Assembly (NCBI GenBank): GCA_007128315.1
Contig: SKXQ01000003.1
Location: 1,026 to 65,025 of the forward strand
Source: Spirochaetaceae bacterium
Lineage (GTDB): Bacteria; Spirochaetota; Spirochaetia; DSM-27196; SKKC01
Reading direction: 5' to 3'
DNA: 64,000 nt
Position 1 is the first letter of the stretch; the number at the start of each line of letters is the position of its first letter. The position numbers and the translations under genes were made by a program. A model generated the notes under the pieces. It had not been told where the DNA came from and made no database searches. It saw nothing but the letters and a program-made list of their open reading frames with translations. Shown here in pieces: positions 1 to 10,073 of the stretch.

Positions 1-1046
1 CCACGGTCGGGGATCTCCCAGCCGCCGTCTGTCGGTATGTACAGCGCTACATTGTCGCCCGGTGCGAAGGTGTCCCGCTGCCCGGTGCGAGGTCGCGAAG
101 GCGCATCCACGTACACCGGCGACGCATCATCTGCGAGTGCAACCCGGTAGCGCAGGGTCGGACCGAAGTACTCCCGTGCCGTAACGGTCCCCGTGCGAAT
201 CTCCGTATTCGGGTCGTCAGCCTTCGCTCCGGTCGGTGCAACGTACAGCCACTCCGGCCGGTACATGCACAGCCGGCGCACACCATTCTGCCCGGTCAGG
301 CGCAGCATGTTTGCACTTCCGACAAACCCGGCGACGAAGGGATTTACCGGTTTTTCGTAGATCGTCACGGGATCTGACTGCTGCTGAAGGCGCCCCTGGT
401 CAAGCACGGCTATATCATCGGAAAGCGAAAGCGCCTCCTCCTGGTCGTGGGTTACGTAGACGGTTGTAATACCGAGTCGCTGCTGAAGTTCCTTGAGTTC
501 GGCGCGGATGCGTACGCGCAGTTTTGCATCAAGGTTGCTCAAGGGTTCGTCCATAAGCAGGAGAAGAGGCTCGAGTACGACCGCGCGTCCAACTGCCACC
601 CGTTGCTGCTGTCCACCGGATAGTTCGTGAGGATACCGCTGCCTGAGGTCCTCGATGTCGAGACGCTGCATGACCGCGTGCACACGATCTGCACGTTCGT
701 CACGCGGGACCCGGTGCATCCTGAGGCCATAGGCGATATTTGCCGTGACCGTCATATGGGGAAACAGCGCATAATCCTGAAACACCATGCCGACCCGCCT
801 GCGATCTGCCGGTATTCCTGCCTGATCGACACCGCCGATGCGAATGCTGCCGGCGTCCGGATCGAGAAAGCCCGAAACCAGGCGCAGCAGGGTCGTCTTG
901 CCACAGCCGCTTGGTCCGAGCAGCGTAAAAAAACTCCCGGGACGTACAGAAAGCGAGACCGAATCAACGGCGCAGACCTTACCATACCAGTGCGAGACGG
1001 ATGCCAGCTCGAGATGTGACTGTGTGGTATCCGGAGACGTGTCCAA
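1..1046 (-). CDS. ABC transporter ATP-binding subunit (FbpC/AfuC/PotA type), 3' end runs off the window
   Basis: Absent from the ORF track because there is no stop in the window. Translated by hand from TTG 1046, preceded by GAGGAG: MDTSPDTTQSHLEL... with Walker A GPSGCGKT, VFQDYALFPH, LSGGQQQR, LLMDEPLSNLD and YVTHD. Confidence 0.92.
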   Translation of the reverse strand, partial: MDTSPDTTQSHLELASVSHWYGKVCAVDSVSLSVRPGSFFTLLGPSGCGKTTLLRLVSGFLDPDAGSIRIGGVDQAGIPADRRRVGMVFQDYALFPHMTVTANIAYGLRMHRVPRDERADRVHAVMQRLDIEDLRQRYPHELSGGQQQRVAVGRAVVLEPLLLLMDEPLSNLDAKLRVRIRAELKELQQRLGITTVYVTHDQEEALSLSDDIAVLDQGRLQQQSDPVTIYEKPVNPFVAGFVGSANMLRLTGQNGVRRLCMYRPEWLYVAPTGAKADDPNTEIRTGTVTAREYFGPTLRYRVALADDASPVYVDAPSRPRTGQRDTFAPGDNVALYIPTDGGWEIPDR

Positions 1047-1065
1047 ACCAGAAACTCCTCTTCGA

Positions 1066-2709
1066 TTAACGCGTGAACATGCGGTTCCATCGCGTTCCGG
1101 AAATCAAACGAACCAGTGCGAGCCCGACAAAGGTAATCAGAACAAGCATCGAAGCGAGCGCGGCTGCCCTGCCCCAGCTCGACTGTTCCGCCAGATTCAG
1201 GATGATAACCGATGAGACCATGGTTTCAAAGGAAACAAGAAACACCACAGCGCTCACGGTACCAATTGACCGTATGAACGCATAGGCAAAGGTCGCGAAA
1301 AGCGCGTTGGCGGTGAGCGGAACGGTAATATCACGAAAAACCTGCATGCGATGCGCACCGAGGTTTCGAGCGCCGTCGTCGAGCGATGGCTGCATCTGCT
1401 GCAGGGCAGCAGAACTGATCCTGTAGCCGACAGGAATGTAGGAGGCGGCCATGGCGAGTATGATAAGCAGGGCAGTACCGTTAAGCCGGGGATACCAGCG
1501 CGCGAACGAGGTCACGAGCGCGACTCCGTAGAGAGTGCCCGGGATACCGGCAGGCAGGAGGGTCGCAAGGTCCAGCCCGGTGCGAAAGGGTACCCGGCAG
1601 CGGTGTACGAGGTACGCGCTTACCGAACTCACCAGGGTACAGAGGGCCGCCGCGGACAACGCGAAAACAAGACTGTTACGCAGTTCCGGCCAGTGCCTGA
1701 GTGACCGACGGACGTGGTCTGCCGTGATGGTGTAGTCAATGCCCCACAGCTGTACGACCGCTGCTGCAAAGATCACGAAAAATGTAAGCAGGGTGTACGC
1801 GGCGACGGTGAGACAGAACAGAAACAGCAGCACCCGGAGCGGAGCCGGAAGGCCAACCTGCGGGAGCTGCGAAGAACGGCCACCGACCGTCACGTATCTG
1901 CCGTGGGAGCGACGACTCAGGAACTGCTGCAGGGCAAAGAACACCGCTGCAGGCATCAGAAGCACGATACCGAGTGCCGCACTCATGCCTGCATCCGCCC
2001 AGCCGGTTAACTGCGAAAAAACTTCGGTCGCGAGAACGCGATACCGCCCTCCGATCAGCAGCGGGTTCGCGAAATCTGCGAGAACAATTATACCGATGAA
2101 GAGCGCCGCCGCGAGCATGCCTGGTACCAGGAGCGGAACGGTAACCGAAAACAGTACACGTGTCCGGCTTGCGCCGAGTCCCCGGGCAGCGTTATCGAGC
2201 GTCCCCCCGATGCTCTGAAGACTCGATCGAAGAATCATGAACGCGACGGGGAAGAACGAAAGCGTCTGGGCTATCCACAGACCAGTGCGTCCGTACAGCG
2301 ACACTTCGAGTCCCAGCCAGTTGCTTGTGATAAGACCACTTCTCCCGAGAAGAAAAATGAAGGCGAGCCCGCCGACGAAAGGCGGTGAGACCAGCAGCAA
2401 TAGCGGTATCAGTTCGAAAATCCGCTTGCCCGGAAAATTCCCCCGCTCGATCGCGATCGCATACACCAGTCCGACGAGGAGCGCGGTAGCTGTCGAGCGG
2501 AATGCCATCGCAAGCGTGTTCCCTATGGCTGTCCGCCACCGTGGTGTCGTCCAGACGCGAGCCCAGTCCGCCGCAGAAGGCTCCAGAAAAACGACAACCA
2601 GAGGCCCGACGATGAAAACGAGAAGAAAGACCGAGAGCACCGCATAGAATATCGCAACGCCCGGTTCTTTGAGGATTTGTGAATGTGTCAGTCTACGATC
2701 TGCTGCCAT
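1066..2709 (-). CDS. ABC transporter permease (FbpB/AfuB type, two BPD_transp_1 repeats)
   Basis: 547 aa with many TM segments and two EAA-like loops (LDNAARGLGA, LDDGARNLGA); lies between the SBP and ATPase genes. Confidence 0.9.
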   Translation of the reverse strand: MAADRRLTHSQILKEPGVAIFYAVLSVFLLVFIVGPLVVVFLEPSAADWARVWTTPRWRTAIGNTLAMAFRSTATALLVGLVYAIAIERGNFPGKRIFELIPLLLLVSPPFVGGLAFIFLLGRSGLITSNWLGLEVSLYGRTGLWIAQTLSFFPVAFMILRSSLQSIGGTLDNAARGLGASRTRVLFSVTVPLLVPGMLAAALFIGIIVLADFANPLLIGGRYRVLATEVFSQLTGWADAGMSAALGIVLLMPAAVFFALQQFLSRRSHGRYVTVGGRSSQLPQVGLPAPLRVLLFLFCLTVAAYTLLTFFVIFAAAVVQLWGIDYTITADHVRRSLRHWPELRNSLVFALSAAALCTLVSSVSAYLVHRCRVPFRTGLDLATLLPAGIPGTLYGVALVTSFARWYPRLNGTALLIILAMAASYIPVGYRISSAALQQMQPSLDDGARNLGAHRMQVFRDITVPLTANALFATFAYAFIRSIGTVSAVVFLVSFETMVSSVIILNLAEQSSWGRAAALASMLVLITFVGLALVRLISGTRWNRMFTR

Positions 2710-3713
2710 TGCTCCAGAGTCTCGCTTCGCTGTCTGCCCGCGAGCTCCGAATCATAATCGATAAGATCGATTTCCTGAATCCCCACGGCTTCTTCCGGAA
2801 GAACGACACGGTCACTTAAGGGGGTAACCAGGGACTGATCGACAAAGGCCTGCTGCGCTTCAACCGAAAGAACAAAATCCACGAATCTTCGGGCATTCTC
2901 GGTGTTCGGTCCTCCCCGGATTATACTGACAGCTCCAACCTCCCCGCCGGTCTGTGCAGGGGTATGAACCGACAGGGGAAAGCCCTGCCTGCGGTACCGT
3001 GAGAGCGCGTGCACGAAGGCAACCCCGATGGAGTACTCACCGGACCCGATAAGCTGCGGCGGCGCTCCTCCACTCGTTGGAAACTGCCCGACAAGCGGCG
3101 CGAGCGTCTCCAGGTACTCCCAGCCTGCGTCCCAGCCGAGCCGCTGCAGCTGTGTCTGCAGAAAGAGGTATGCGGTCGAGGAGGCAAGCGGGTCGGTCAT
3201 CACGATTTCTCCGGCAAAACGCTCGTCAAGCAGATCGTCCCAGGTTTCGGGCACGGGGGTATCGCCGAAGAGGCGCCGGAAACGGTCCTCGTTTACGCCT
3301 ATCCCGAGGGACGTGACGTAGAAGCCCGTCCAGTAGCCGTCGGGGTCCACGCCGTAGGCAGGGAGCCCGTCGGCGTTCGGCGAGCGGTATGATTCCAGAG
3401 CACCGGCCTGCGCGATGCTTGTGTGCAGAAGGCTCGCACCGCCGAGCAGGATATCCGCCTGCGGGGCGTCCTGTTCGGCAATGACACGGTTGACCAGCTC
3501 TCCGGTCGTCGCGCGAATAAAGCTCACATTGACTCCGGTTTCTTCCCGGAACATGTCGGTCAGGAGCTCCGCGTCGTCCTGTGTAATGACTGCATACACG
3601 CGCAGACTGCCTGCAGCGGGTCTATCACTCGCGGCGCGTCCCGCCGCTGCAAGAGAGACGACGCTGAGTGTCATAATCAGTGTTATACCGACAAAACTTC
3701 GTAACCGGGTCAT
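2688..3713 (-). CDS. ABC transporter substrate-binding protein (FbpA/AfuA-like)
   Basis: 341 aa with signal peptide; PQADILLGG, PETWDDLL, DPLASSTAY and NARRFVDFVLS motifs typical of this SBP class. Confidence 0.88.
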   Translation of the reverse strand: MTRLRSFVGITLIMTLSVVSLAAAGRAASDRPAAGSLRVYAVITQDDAELLTDMFREETGVNVSFIRATTGELVNRVIAEQDAPQADILLGGASLLHTSIAQAGALESYRSPNADGLPAYGVDPDGYWTGFYVTSLGIGVNEDRFRRLFGDTPVPETWDDLLDERFAGEIVMTDPLASSTAYLFLQTQLQRLGWDAGWEYLETLAPLVGQFPTSGGAPPQLIGSGEYSIGVAFVHALSRYRRQGFPLSVHTPAQTGGEVGAVSIIRGGPNTENARRFVDFVLSVEAQQAFVDQSLVTPLSDRVVLPEEAVGIQEIDLIDYDSELAGRQRSETLEQWQQIVD

Positions 3714-3821
3714 GGCTGCTACCTCGTTAAGGAAACACTACTCACGCCACCATGCGATCGTCAACACTTAGTCAATTGATTTAATGAAGTTTAAACACAG
3801 GATTGCAGGAACAGCATCTTC

Positions 3822-4844
3822 GTGCGCATACTGGCGCCAATTATGAGCATCCATGGATCTTTACGCAAAAACTGGTTCCTGATTGGACTCCTGTCAGCGG
3901 TCGGTCTTGCCTTCGCGACACCGGGTCTCGGTGCGACGCTGAATCCTTCGGGCTGGACGACACGGATCATCGTGATCGTCCTCTTTCTGATCGCCGGTTT
4001 CATTCTTCCGTCAGAACGCATCAAGAGCGGCCTCGCACAGTACAAGCTTCACGTGTTTCTGCAGCTGTTCATCTTCGGTTTCATTCCCGTGTACTTCTGG
4101 CTTACTGCACGACTGTTCACGGCCTATCTCGACGGCCTTCTGGTCTACGGAATGCTTGCCCTTGCTGTCTTGCCAACGACCGTGTCGACATGTGTCGTTT
4201 TCACCCAGACGACCGGAGGCAACACAGTTGGTGCGCTGTTCAACTCTGCGCTCTCGAATGTCGTCGGCATCTTCCTCTCGCCACTGCTGCTGAGTCTGTT
4301 TCTTGCAGGTTCGTCCGCGGCGCTTCCGGCAGAAAACGTCCTTGGAACCCTGCAGAGCCTGTTGCTCACCATGTTTCTCCCGGTCGCAGCAGGACAGGCG
4401 CTGCATTTACGGTTTCAGGAAACCGCTCACCGCATACGAAAGAAACTCTCGGAAGCGAGCAGTGCTCTCATTCTGCTCATTGTCTACATTACGATCTCGA
4501 GCATATCGGATAATCTGGAGTTTGTGGGAATGCTACCCGAGCTTCCCGTCCCCTTTGTGTTCCTCGCGGCAACACATCTACTGTTTGTCGCGAGCGCATA
4601 CTACGGCGCGAAATCAATCGGTCTCTCCCGGAAAGACCGGATCACCGCCATGTTCGTCGGGCCGGAGAAGACCATGGCCATGGGGGTTCCGCTTCTGACC
4701 GTATACTTCGTCGGGCGACCGGATCTGCTTGCTGTTGCATTGCTGCCGCTGCTGTTCTACCACCCCTTCCAGCTTCTGACCGGAGGTGTCCTTCGGAGTC
4801 TCCCTGCGCTCAGACCTGCTCCTGAGACCGGAAACGCTCCATAG
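3822..4844 (+). CDS. Bile acid:sodium symporter family transporter (SBF-like)
   Basis: Hydrophobic protein with [20 protein letters not shown] and KTMAMGVP motifs. Start may instead be ATG 3843. Confidence 0.85.
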   Translation: MRILAPIMSIHGSLRKNWFLIGLLSAVGLAFATPGLGATLNPSGWTTRIIVIVLFLIAGFILPSERIKSGLAQYKLHVFLQLFIFGFIPVYFWLTARLFTAYLDGLLVYGMLALAVLPTTVSTCVVFTQTTGGNTVGALFNSALSNVVGIFLSPLLLSLFLAGSSAALPAENVLGTLQSLLLTMFLPVAAGQALHLRFQETAHRIRKKLSEASSALILLIVYITISSISDNLEFVGMLPELPVPFVFLAATHLLFVASAYYGAKSIGLSRKDRITAMFVGPEKTMAMGVPLLTVYFVGRPDLLAVALLPLLFYHPFQLLTGGVLRSLPALRPAPETGNAP

Positions 4845-6684
4845 TCGCCTGCAACGACGAGACACTGTCCGAAAGCGTCTGCGCTGTATAGCTGATCTGC
4901 TCAATGTCCGAAACACTGTGCTCGGTCTTCTCGTCGATCCCGGCGATTTCGGATACCATGCGTGCGGAAAGTTCCATGACTGTTGTCATGGCCCGCGCGA
5001 TCTGCTCGGCTGCCGACAACGAGTCCTCGGATCCCTGCTGCACCTTCGACGAGACCTCGCTGAGCATGGACATCGCGGTCCGTATTTCGGTGCTGCCGGC
5101 TGAGAGTTCTCCTGTAGCTGAGGCAATTTCCTGAAGAGCGTCACTGACCGAACGAACTTCCTGGTCTATGGATGAAAAGACTTCACCGGTATCTGCGCTA
5201 ATCCGGTTAACAGTCTCAATGCGCTCGATCACTGCCTTTATGACCTTCGTGATCTGTTGCGAACTTTCACCCGCCGCCGAGGCCAGTTTCCGGATTTCGT
5301 CAGCGACCACGGCAAATCCCCTCCCTGCATCACCAGCGTGCGCAGCTTCTATAGACGCGTTCATGGAAAGGAGATTGGTCTGTGACGCGATGTTTCGAAT
5401 CACCCCGACGAAGCCGGCGATGTCTTCGACACTTGCAGAAACCGCGTGTATCGACTCCTGGAGCTGCTGCAGCTGCCTGCCCCCGGCTTCCGCCCGCTGT
5501 GTCAGCTCCTCAGCACCCCGTCGTCGCGCGTCGGTGATTCCCGCGACACTGTCGAGCGACGCGGACATCTGTTCTATGGCGGCGGTGGACTGTGAGACGG
5601 CGGAGACCTGGTCGTCGATAGACTGATGAAGCAGCCTTACCTGTTCGCCGATCCGCTGTATCCCGCGGGACGACTCGTCGATGTGCCCGTCGAGCCCTTT
5701 CATTTCCGACGTGAGCGATGCAGTACTTTCCCGAATGGACGCCATACGCGTGCCTGCGTCAGACGCCTGCGATGCGAGTTCGTGTTCAACCCGTATATTT
5801 TCGTCTGCAGCACGCTGCATGACTGCAAGCATGTCGCGAAGACCGGAGACGAAGTCGTTGAAACCGGCCGCGATACGACCGACCTCGTCGTCTCCGCGCA
5901 CGGTGAGGCGCTGATGTACATCACCATCGAGAAACTTCTGCATGGCCGCCGGAATAGCCGCAAAGGGTTTCAGGGTCACCGAAAGAAAGCGCAGGTAGAT
6001 GAGTAGGAAGAAGACTGCAAGAGCCGCTATTCCGAGAATGACATTCCGGGTAAACACGGTGAGCCCTGCGTAACGCACCGACTGCGGCATAACGAACCCG
6101 GTATACCAGTCCCAGTCGGAGAAGTACGAGTACACCACCCAGTATCGGTTCCCTGAGACGGCGAGCACAAAATCACCATCCGTCCGGCCGATAATCGAAT
6201 CAGCACCTTCATTGAGAAGCACGCGTGTAGAAAATGCATCATCGTTAAAACCAAGAATCACGTCGCGGTCGCCGTTAAAAATGAAGAGCTGCCCGTCGAG
6301 GCTGCGCCCGGACACGAAGCGCTCGTCGAGACGCTCGAGGAGCGCTTCGCGCCGCGAGCCCCTTCCGCCCCAGTCGCCGGACGCAGCAACCTGTGAGGTG
6401 TTGTCACTCGCGGAGGCGTCGGTACCCGCCGGAACCCGTGGCGTCGGCGAGGTAGTAGCCGACGTATCGGCGTCTGTAGCACCAGCACCATCAGTAATCT
6501 GACTCTGCAGGTCTTCGTACTCGAACTCGATATTTCTGATGCGTTCCGTGTAATCGCGAAGATACAGACGCCCGATCTCTGCACGAAATGCCACGGCTGC
6601 GTAGCTGACGGTCAGAACACCGACCGCAGCAACCGCAGACATCCCGATAGCCATGAGTTTCCACTTGAGTGATACGCGTTTCAT
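4810..6684 (-). CDS. Methyl-accepting chemotaxis protein (Cache-like sensor, HAMP, MCP signal domain)
   Basis: Two TMs, HAMP ([12 protein letters not shown]) and the hairpin signature [37 protein letters not shown]. Confidence 0.95.
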   Translation of the reverse strand: MKRVSLKWKLMAIGMSAVAAVGVLTVSYAAVAFRAEIGRLYLRDYTERIRNIEFEYEDLQSQITDGAGATDADTSATTSPTPRVPAGTDASASDNTSQVAASGDWGGRGSRREALLERLDERFVSGRSLDGQLFIFNGDRDVILGFNDDAFSTRVLLNEGADSIIGRTDGDFVLAVSGNRYWVVYSYFSDWDWYTGFVMPQSVRYAGLTVFTRNVILGIAALAVFFLLIYLRFLSVTLKPFAAIPAAMQKFLDGDVHQRLTVRGDDEVGRIAAGFNDFVSGLRDMLAVMQRAADENIRVEHELASQASDAGTRMASIRESTASLTSEMKGLDGHIDESSRGIQRIGEQVRLLHQSIDDQVSAVSQSTAAIEQMSASLDSVAGITDARRRGAEELTQRAEAGGRQLQQLQESIHAVSASVEDIAGFVGVIRNIASQTNLLSMNASIEAAHAGDAGRGFAVVADEIRKLASAAGESSQQITKVIKAVIERIETVNRISADTGEVFSSIDQEVRSVSDALQEIASATGELSAGSTEIRTAMSMLSEVSSKVQQGSEDSLSAAEQIARAMTTVMELSARMVSEIAGIDEKTEHSVSDIEQISYTAQTLSDSVSSLQATMERFRSQEQV

Positions 6685-6724
6685 TGACGCAAGTATATGA
6701 GTTGTCTGCGCTTACGTACAACGT

Positions 6725-7732
6725 TCACGCGTGCCTCGGAACAGGACTTTCGGTACACAAACCGACCAGTTCCTGAATCGAAGCCTCGGCCACGCACATG
6801 ACCGTATCCGCAGCACCGTAGTACATGCGAAGCACTCCGCCGTTCTCGATCGTAACCCCGGTGGGGAATATCACGTTGTTCCGGTATCCGCCTGTTGTTT
6901 CGCAACGCGCTTCCGGAACGAGCACGGGACTGGTACTCATGCCCTTCACGATTGCCGGATTATCCAGATCAAGCAGCATGACCCCGGCGGCATACCACTT
7001 CGTCCACGAGTCTTCCCATCCGTTCTTTCCTCGTGTCGGATCCACGTGCACCGCGTGAAACAGCGTCAACCATCCGTCTTCGGTGCGAATCGGGGGAGCT
7101 GCCGGGCCAATCTTGTTGTTGGCGAAAGGTACGTGCTCGACGCCGAGCACAAGTTCCGAGTCTCCCCAGTACACCAGATCCGGTGACCGGGAAATCCAAA
7201 CGTCGAACAACTCCCGGCCTCCGCGACTGTAGACAGGAAAGGGGCGTTCCAGGCGAACGTACATGCCATCGATCTTTTCCGGGAAGAGTACCATGTTCCG
7301 GTTGTCCGGTACCGACAGCGAAAGAATCTCAAAATCGTGAAAGTCCGTTGTACGTGCGATGCCACCTCTGACCCCGTGGGCGGTATCCAGAGCGAAGCAC
7401 ATGTAGATCTCGTTCTCGATAACCGTGAGTCGGGGGTCATAGGCCCGGCTGATTTCGTGATCTCGAAGCGCCCAGCAGGGTTCAGGTTCCACCGTCCAGG
7501 CGATCCCGTCAGGGCTGAACGCGAGTCCGAGGTTTGTCCCCTTGAGCTCCGGCTGTCCCTTTGGCTTGTAGTCGTTTCGAAACACCATGACGTATCGATC
7601 TGTCTGCTTCAGAACGCCAGCGTTAAATACAAGCGAGCTCGGATAGGGCACCTGCGAAGCGGTCAGAACCGGGTTGGCCGGATGGCGGGTTATACAAGGC
7701 GGAGTGCGATACTCCGGAAACAGGGTACTCAT
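6725..7732 (-). CDS. Glycoside hydrolase family 130 (beta-mannoside phosphorylase-like)
   Basis: FNAGV, YDPRL, DNRNMVLFP, KIGPAAPP, NVIFP and YYGAAD motifs. Start placed at ATG 7732, 8 nt after TGgTATGCT. Confidence 0.9.
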   Translation of the reverse strand: MSTLFPEYRTPPCITRHPANPVLTASQVPYPSSLVFNAGVLKQTDRYVMVFRNDYKPKGQPELKGTNLGLAFSPDGIAWTVEPEPCWALRDHEISRAYDPRLTVIENEIYMCFALDTAHGVRGGIARTTDFHDFEILSLSVPDNRNMVLFPEKIDGMYVRLERPFPVYSRGGRELFDVWISRSPDLVYWGDSELVLGVEHVPFANNKIGPAAPPIRTEDGWLTLFHAVHVDPTRGKNGWEDSWTKWYAAGVMLLDLDNPAIVKGMSTSPVLVPEARCETTGGYRNNVIFPTGVTIENGGVLRMYYGAADTVMCVAEASIQELVGLCTESPVPRHA

Positions 7733-7826
7733 AGGCTCGTAGCATACCATTGGATTGTCACAAACTGCGATACACTACGCACCATTCTTTATGGTGTTCT
7801 ACCAGTCCGCACAGTAGTATCGAGTC

Positions 7827-9164
7827 ATGAAAACGAAAATTACCTTTATCGGGGCTGGAAGTACGGTTTTTGCAAAGAATATTCTCGGCGACATTCTTCT
7901 GACGGATGATCTGCACGAGGTCGACATAGCTCTCTACGACATAGACGCCGGACGGCTCGACGATTCGCTGCGGCTCGTTGAGACCCTGAACTCAAGCATC
8001 AATCAGGGCCGTGCGCGGATACAGGGCTATGTCGGCGTAGAGAAACGCCGCGAGGCACTCCGGCACGCGGACTTCGTGATAAATGCGATACAGATCGGCG
8101 GTTACGAACCGGCCACCGTCAGAGACTTCGAGATACCGAAGAAGTATGGATTGCGGCAGACAATCGGTGACACCCTCGGTATCGGAGGCATCTTTCGCAC
8201 CCTCCGCACCGCCCCGATCATGTGGAACATCGCCGAAGACATGGATGCAGTCTGTCCGAATGCGCTGCTTCTGAACTACACCAACCCCATGTGCACGGTT
8301 ACCGGCGCGGTTGTACGGGAAACCGGGATTCATACCGTCGGTCTGTGCCACTCGGTGCAGGTGTGCGCGAAATCGCTTCTGAACGCGGTCGGAATGACAG
8401 CCGAGAATCCGCGCTGGCACATTGCGGGTATCAACCACATGGCCTGGCTGCTCGAGTTCACTGACGGCGAAAAGGACTTATACCCGGAAATCAGGAGCCG
8501 GGCAAAAGAACTGCTCGTCGAAGCGCGCGCCGGCAGACCGGGAGACCACAAGGACCTTGTGCGTCTTGCCGTCATGGAAACTTTTGGCTATTACACTACC
8601 GAATCCTCCGAGCACAACGCGGAATATACGCCCTGGTGGATCAAGTCGCGGTATCCGGAACTCATTGAGAACTTCAATATTCCACTCGACGAGTATCCAC
8701 GGCGTTGCGTGGACCAGATTGCGAAGTGGAACGATATGCGCGAATCGCTCCTGGGCAACTCCTCCGTTACGCACGAGCCGACACTCGAATACGCATCGCA
8801 GATCATTCAAGCCGTCGTGAAAGACAAGCCGACACGCATACACGGAAACATCCTGAACCAGGGGCATATCACGAATCTCCCGGACCGCTGTGTCGTCGAG
8901 GTTCCCTGCCTGGTCGATGCCAACGGTGTACACGGCGTTGTGGTTGGTAATCTGCCCGAGCAGTGCGCCGCGCTGAACCGGACGAACGTAAACGTTCACC
9001 TTGTCTCAATCGAAGCGGCAAAACATCAGGACAGGCAGATGACGTATCAGGCAGCAGCGCTCGACCCGCATACTGCAGCCGAACTGTCGCTCGAAGATAT
9101 TGTGAAGATGTGCGACGAACTGTTCGAAGCTCACCGGGACATGCTGCCCGACGGCTACTATTAA
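7827..9164 (+). CDS. melA: NAD+/Mn2+-dependent alpha-galactosidase, GH4
   Basis: GAGSTVF, QTIGDTLGIGG, NYTNP, GLCHSVQ (catalytic Cys), GINHMAW, TESSEH and LDPHTAAEL motifs. Confidence 0.92.
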   Translation: MKTKITFIGAGSTVFAKNILGDILLTDDLHEVDIALYDIDAGRLDDSLRLVETLNSSINQGRARIQGYVGVEKRREALRHADFVINAIQIGGYEPATVRDFEIPKKYGLRQTIGDTLGIGGIFRTLRTAPIMWNIAEDMDAVCPNALLLNYTNPMCTVTGAVVRETGIHTVGLCHSVQVCAKSLLNAVGMTAENPRWHIAGINHMAWLLEFTDGEKDLYPEIRSRAKELLVEARAGRPGDHKDLVRLAVMETFGYYTTESSEHNAEYTPWWIKSRYPELIENFNIPLDEYPRRCVDQIAKWNDMRESLLGNSSVTHEPTLEYASQIIQAVVKDKPTRIHGNILNQGHITNLPDRCVVEVPCLVDANGVHGVVVGNLPEQCAALNRTNVNVHLVSIEAAKHQDRQMTYQAAALDPHTAAELSLEDIVKMCDELFEAHRDMLPDGYY

Positions 9165-9182
9165 GAGCCGTGAACAGGTCGT

Positions 9183-10052
9183 TCAGTCCGCCCCGGGATC
9201 CTGCCCGGCCCCGACCCTGTCGGGCGGGCGCGTGCGAAACTTCGTCGGTGTCATGCCGACCTGTGCGGTGAACCGGCGCTCAAAGCTCTGATAGCTGCGA
9301 TACCCGACAGACGCTGCGATGGCGGATACCCGCATGTTTGTGTCCGCGAGCAGTCGCTGTGCATGGGTAATCCGTGTTTCCGTAATGAACTGCGAAACAC
9401 TGACACCGGTTCGCTCCTGAAACAGCCGCGAAAAATACGACCGGTCGAGTCCGATGTAGCGTGCAACTGCCGCTGCCCCTCCGAGGACATGATACTCGGC
9501 CTCAATATACGCCACCGCTTCCTCGACGTAGTCGGTATATCCGGTCGTGGTTTCGGCATTGCGTGACCGGTCACCAACGCACCCGAGTGCGAGCACGCCA
9601 AGCGCCATGCTGTACAGCTGTTCGAGCTGACTCGGGCTTTTCAGTGAGGTCACAATACGCCGTACGAGCAGGGCCATGCGTACCGGGAATGCGGGACGAA
9701 ACACACTTGTCTCACGAGGTACTCCATATAGCTCTCCAAGGAGCTCATCATCTACCCCGGAAAAACCGAGCCAGACGTACTCCCAGGGGTGTTCCATGTC
9801 TGCCTGATAGACGTGCTCCTGCCCGGGGCGGAGCAGAAAGCAGTCGTGGCTCGATAGCTCATGGCTACGTCCATTGGTACGCAGTGTGCCTCGTCCTGAG
9901 AGCACAAGATGGAGCAGATAGTGGTCACGCCGTATGGCGGCTGACTTTCCGGGCGGACATTTCTCGGCACCTGCGTGAAGCACCTCTGCTATTGCGCGAT
10001 GTGAGACACTCTGACTGCTGTACCCGTGTTCGGGCGAACCGCCTGATCCCAT
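9183..10052 (-). CDS. AraC family transcriptional regulator (MsmR/RafR-like)
   Basis: N-terminal cupin (RDHYLLHLV, YQAD..HPWEYVW) plus C-terminal double HTH (SYFSRLF...VGY...F...GMTP..FR). Confidence 0.9.
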   Translation of the reverse strand: MGSGGSPEHGYSSQSVSHRAIAEVLHAGAEKCPPGKSAAIRRDHYLLHLVLSGRGTLRTNGRSHELSSHDCFLLRPGQEHVYQADMEHPWEYVWLGFSGVDDELLGELYGVPRETSVFRPAFPVRMALLVRRIVTSLKSPSQLEQLYSMALGVLALGCVGDRSRNAETTTGYTDYVEEAVAYIEAEYHVLGGAAAVARYIGLDRSYFSRLFQERTGVSVSQFITETRITHAQRLLADTNMRVSAIAASVGYRSYQSFERRFTAQVGMTPTKFRTRPPDRVGAGQDPGAD

Positions 10053-10073
10053 GTCTCACAGTGTAGCAGATAT

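Noticed and set aside
1..1090. Apparent missing or frameshifted ABC ATPase (track shows only 752..1090 and fragments)
   Set aside because: One frame from TTG 1046 carries all ATPase motifs and is still in frame at the window edge; the gene is simply cut by the window.
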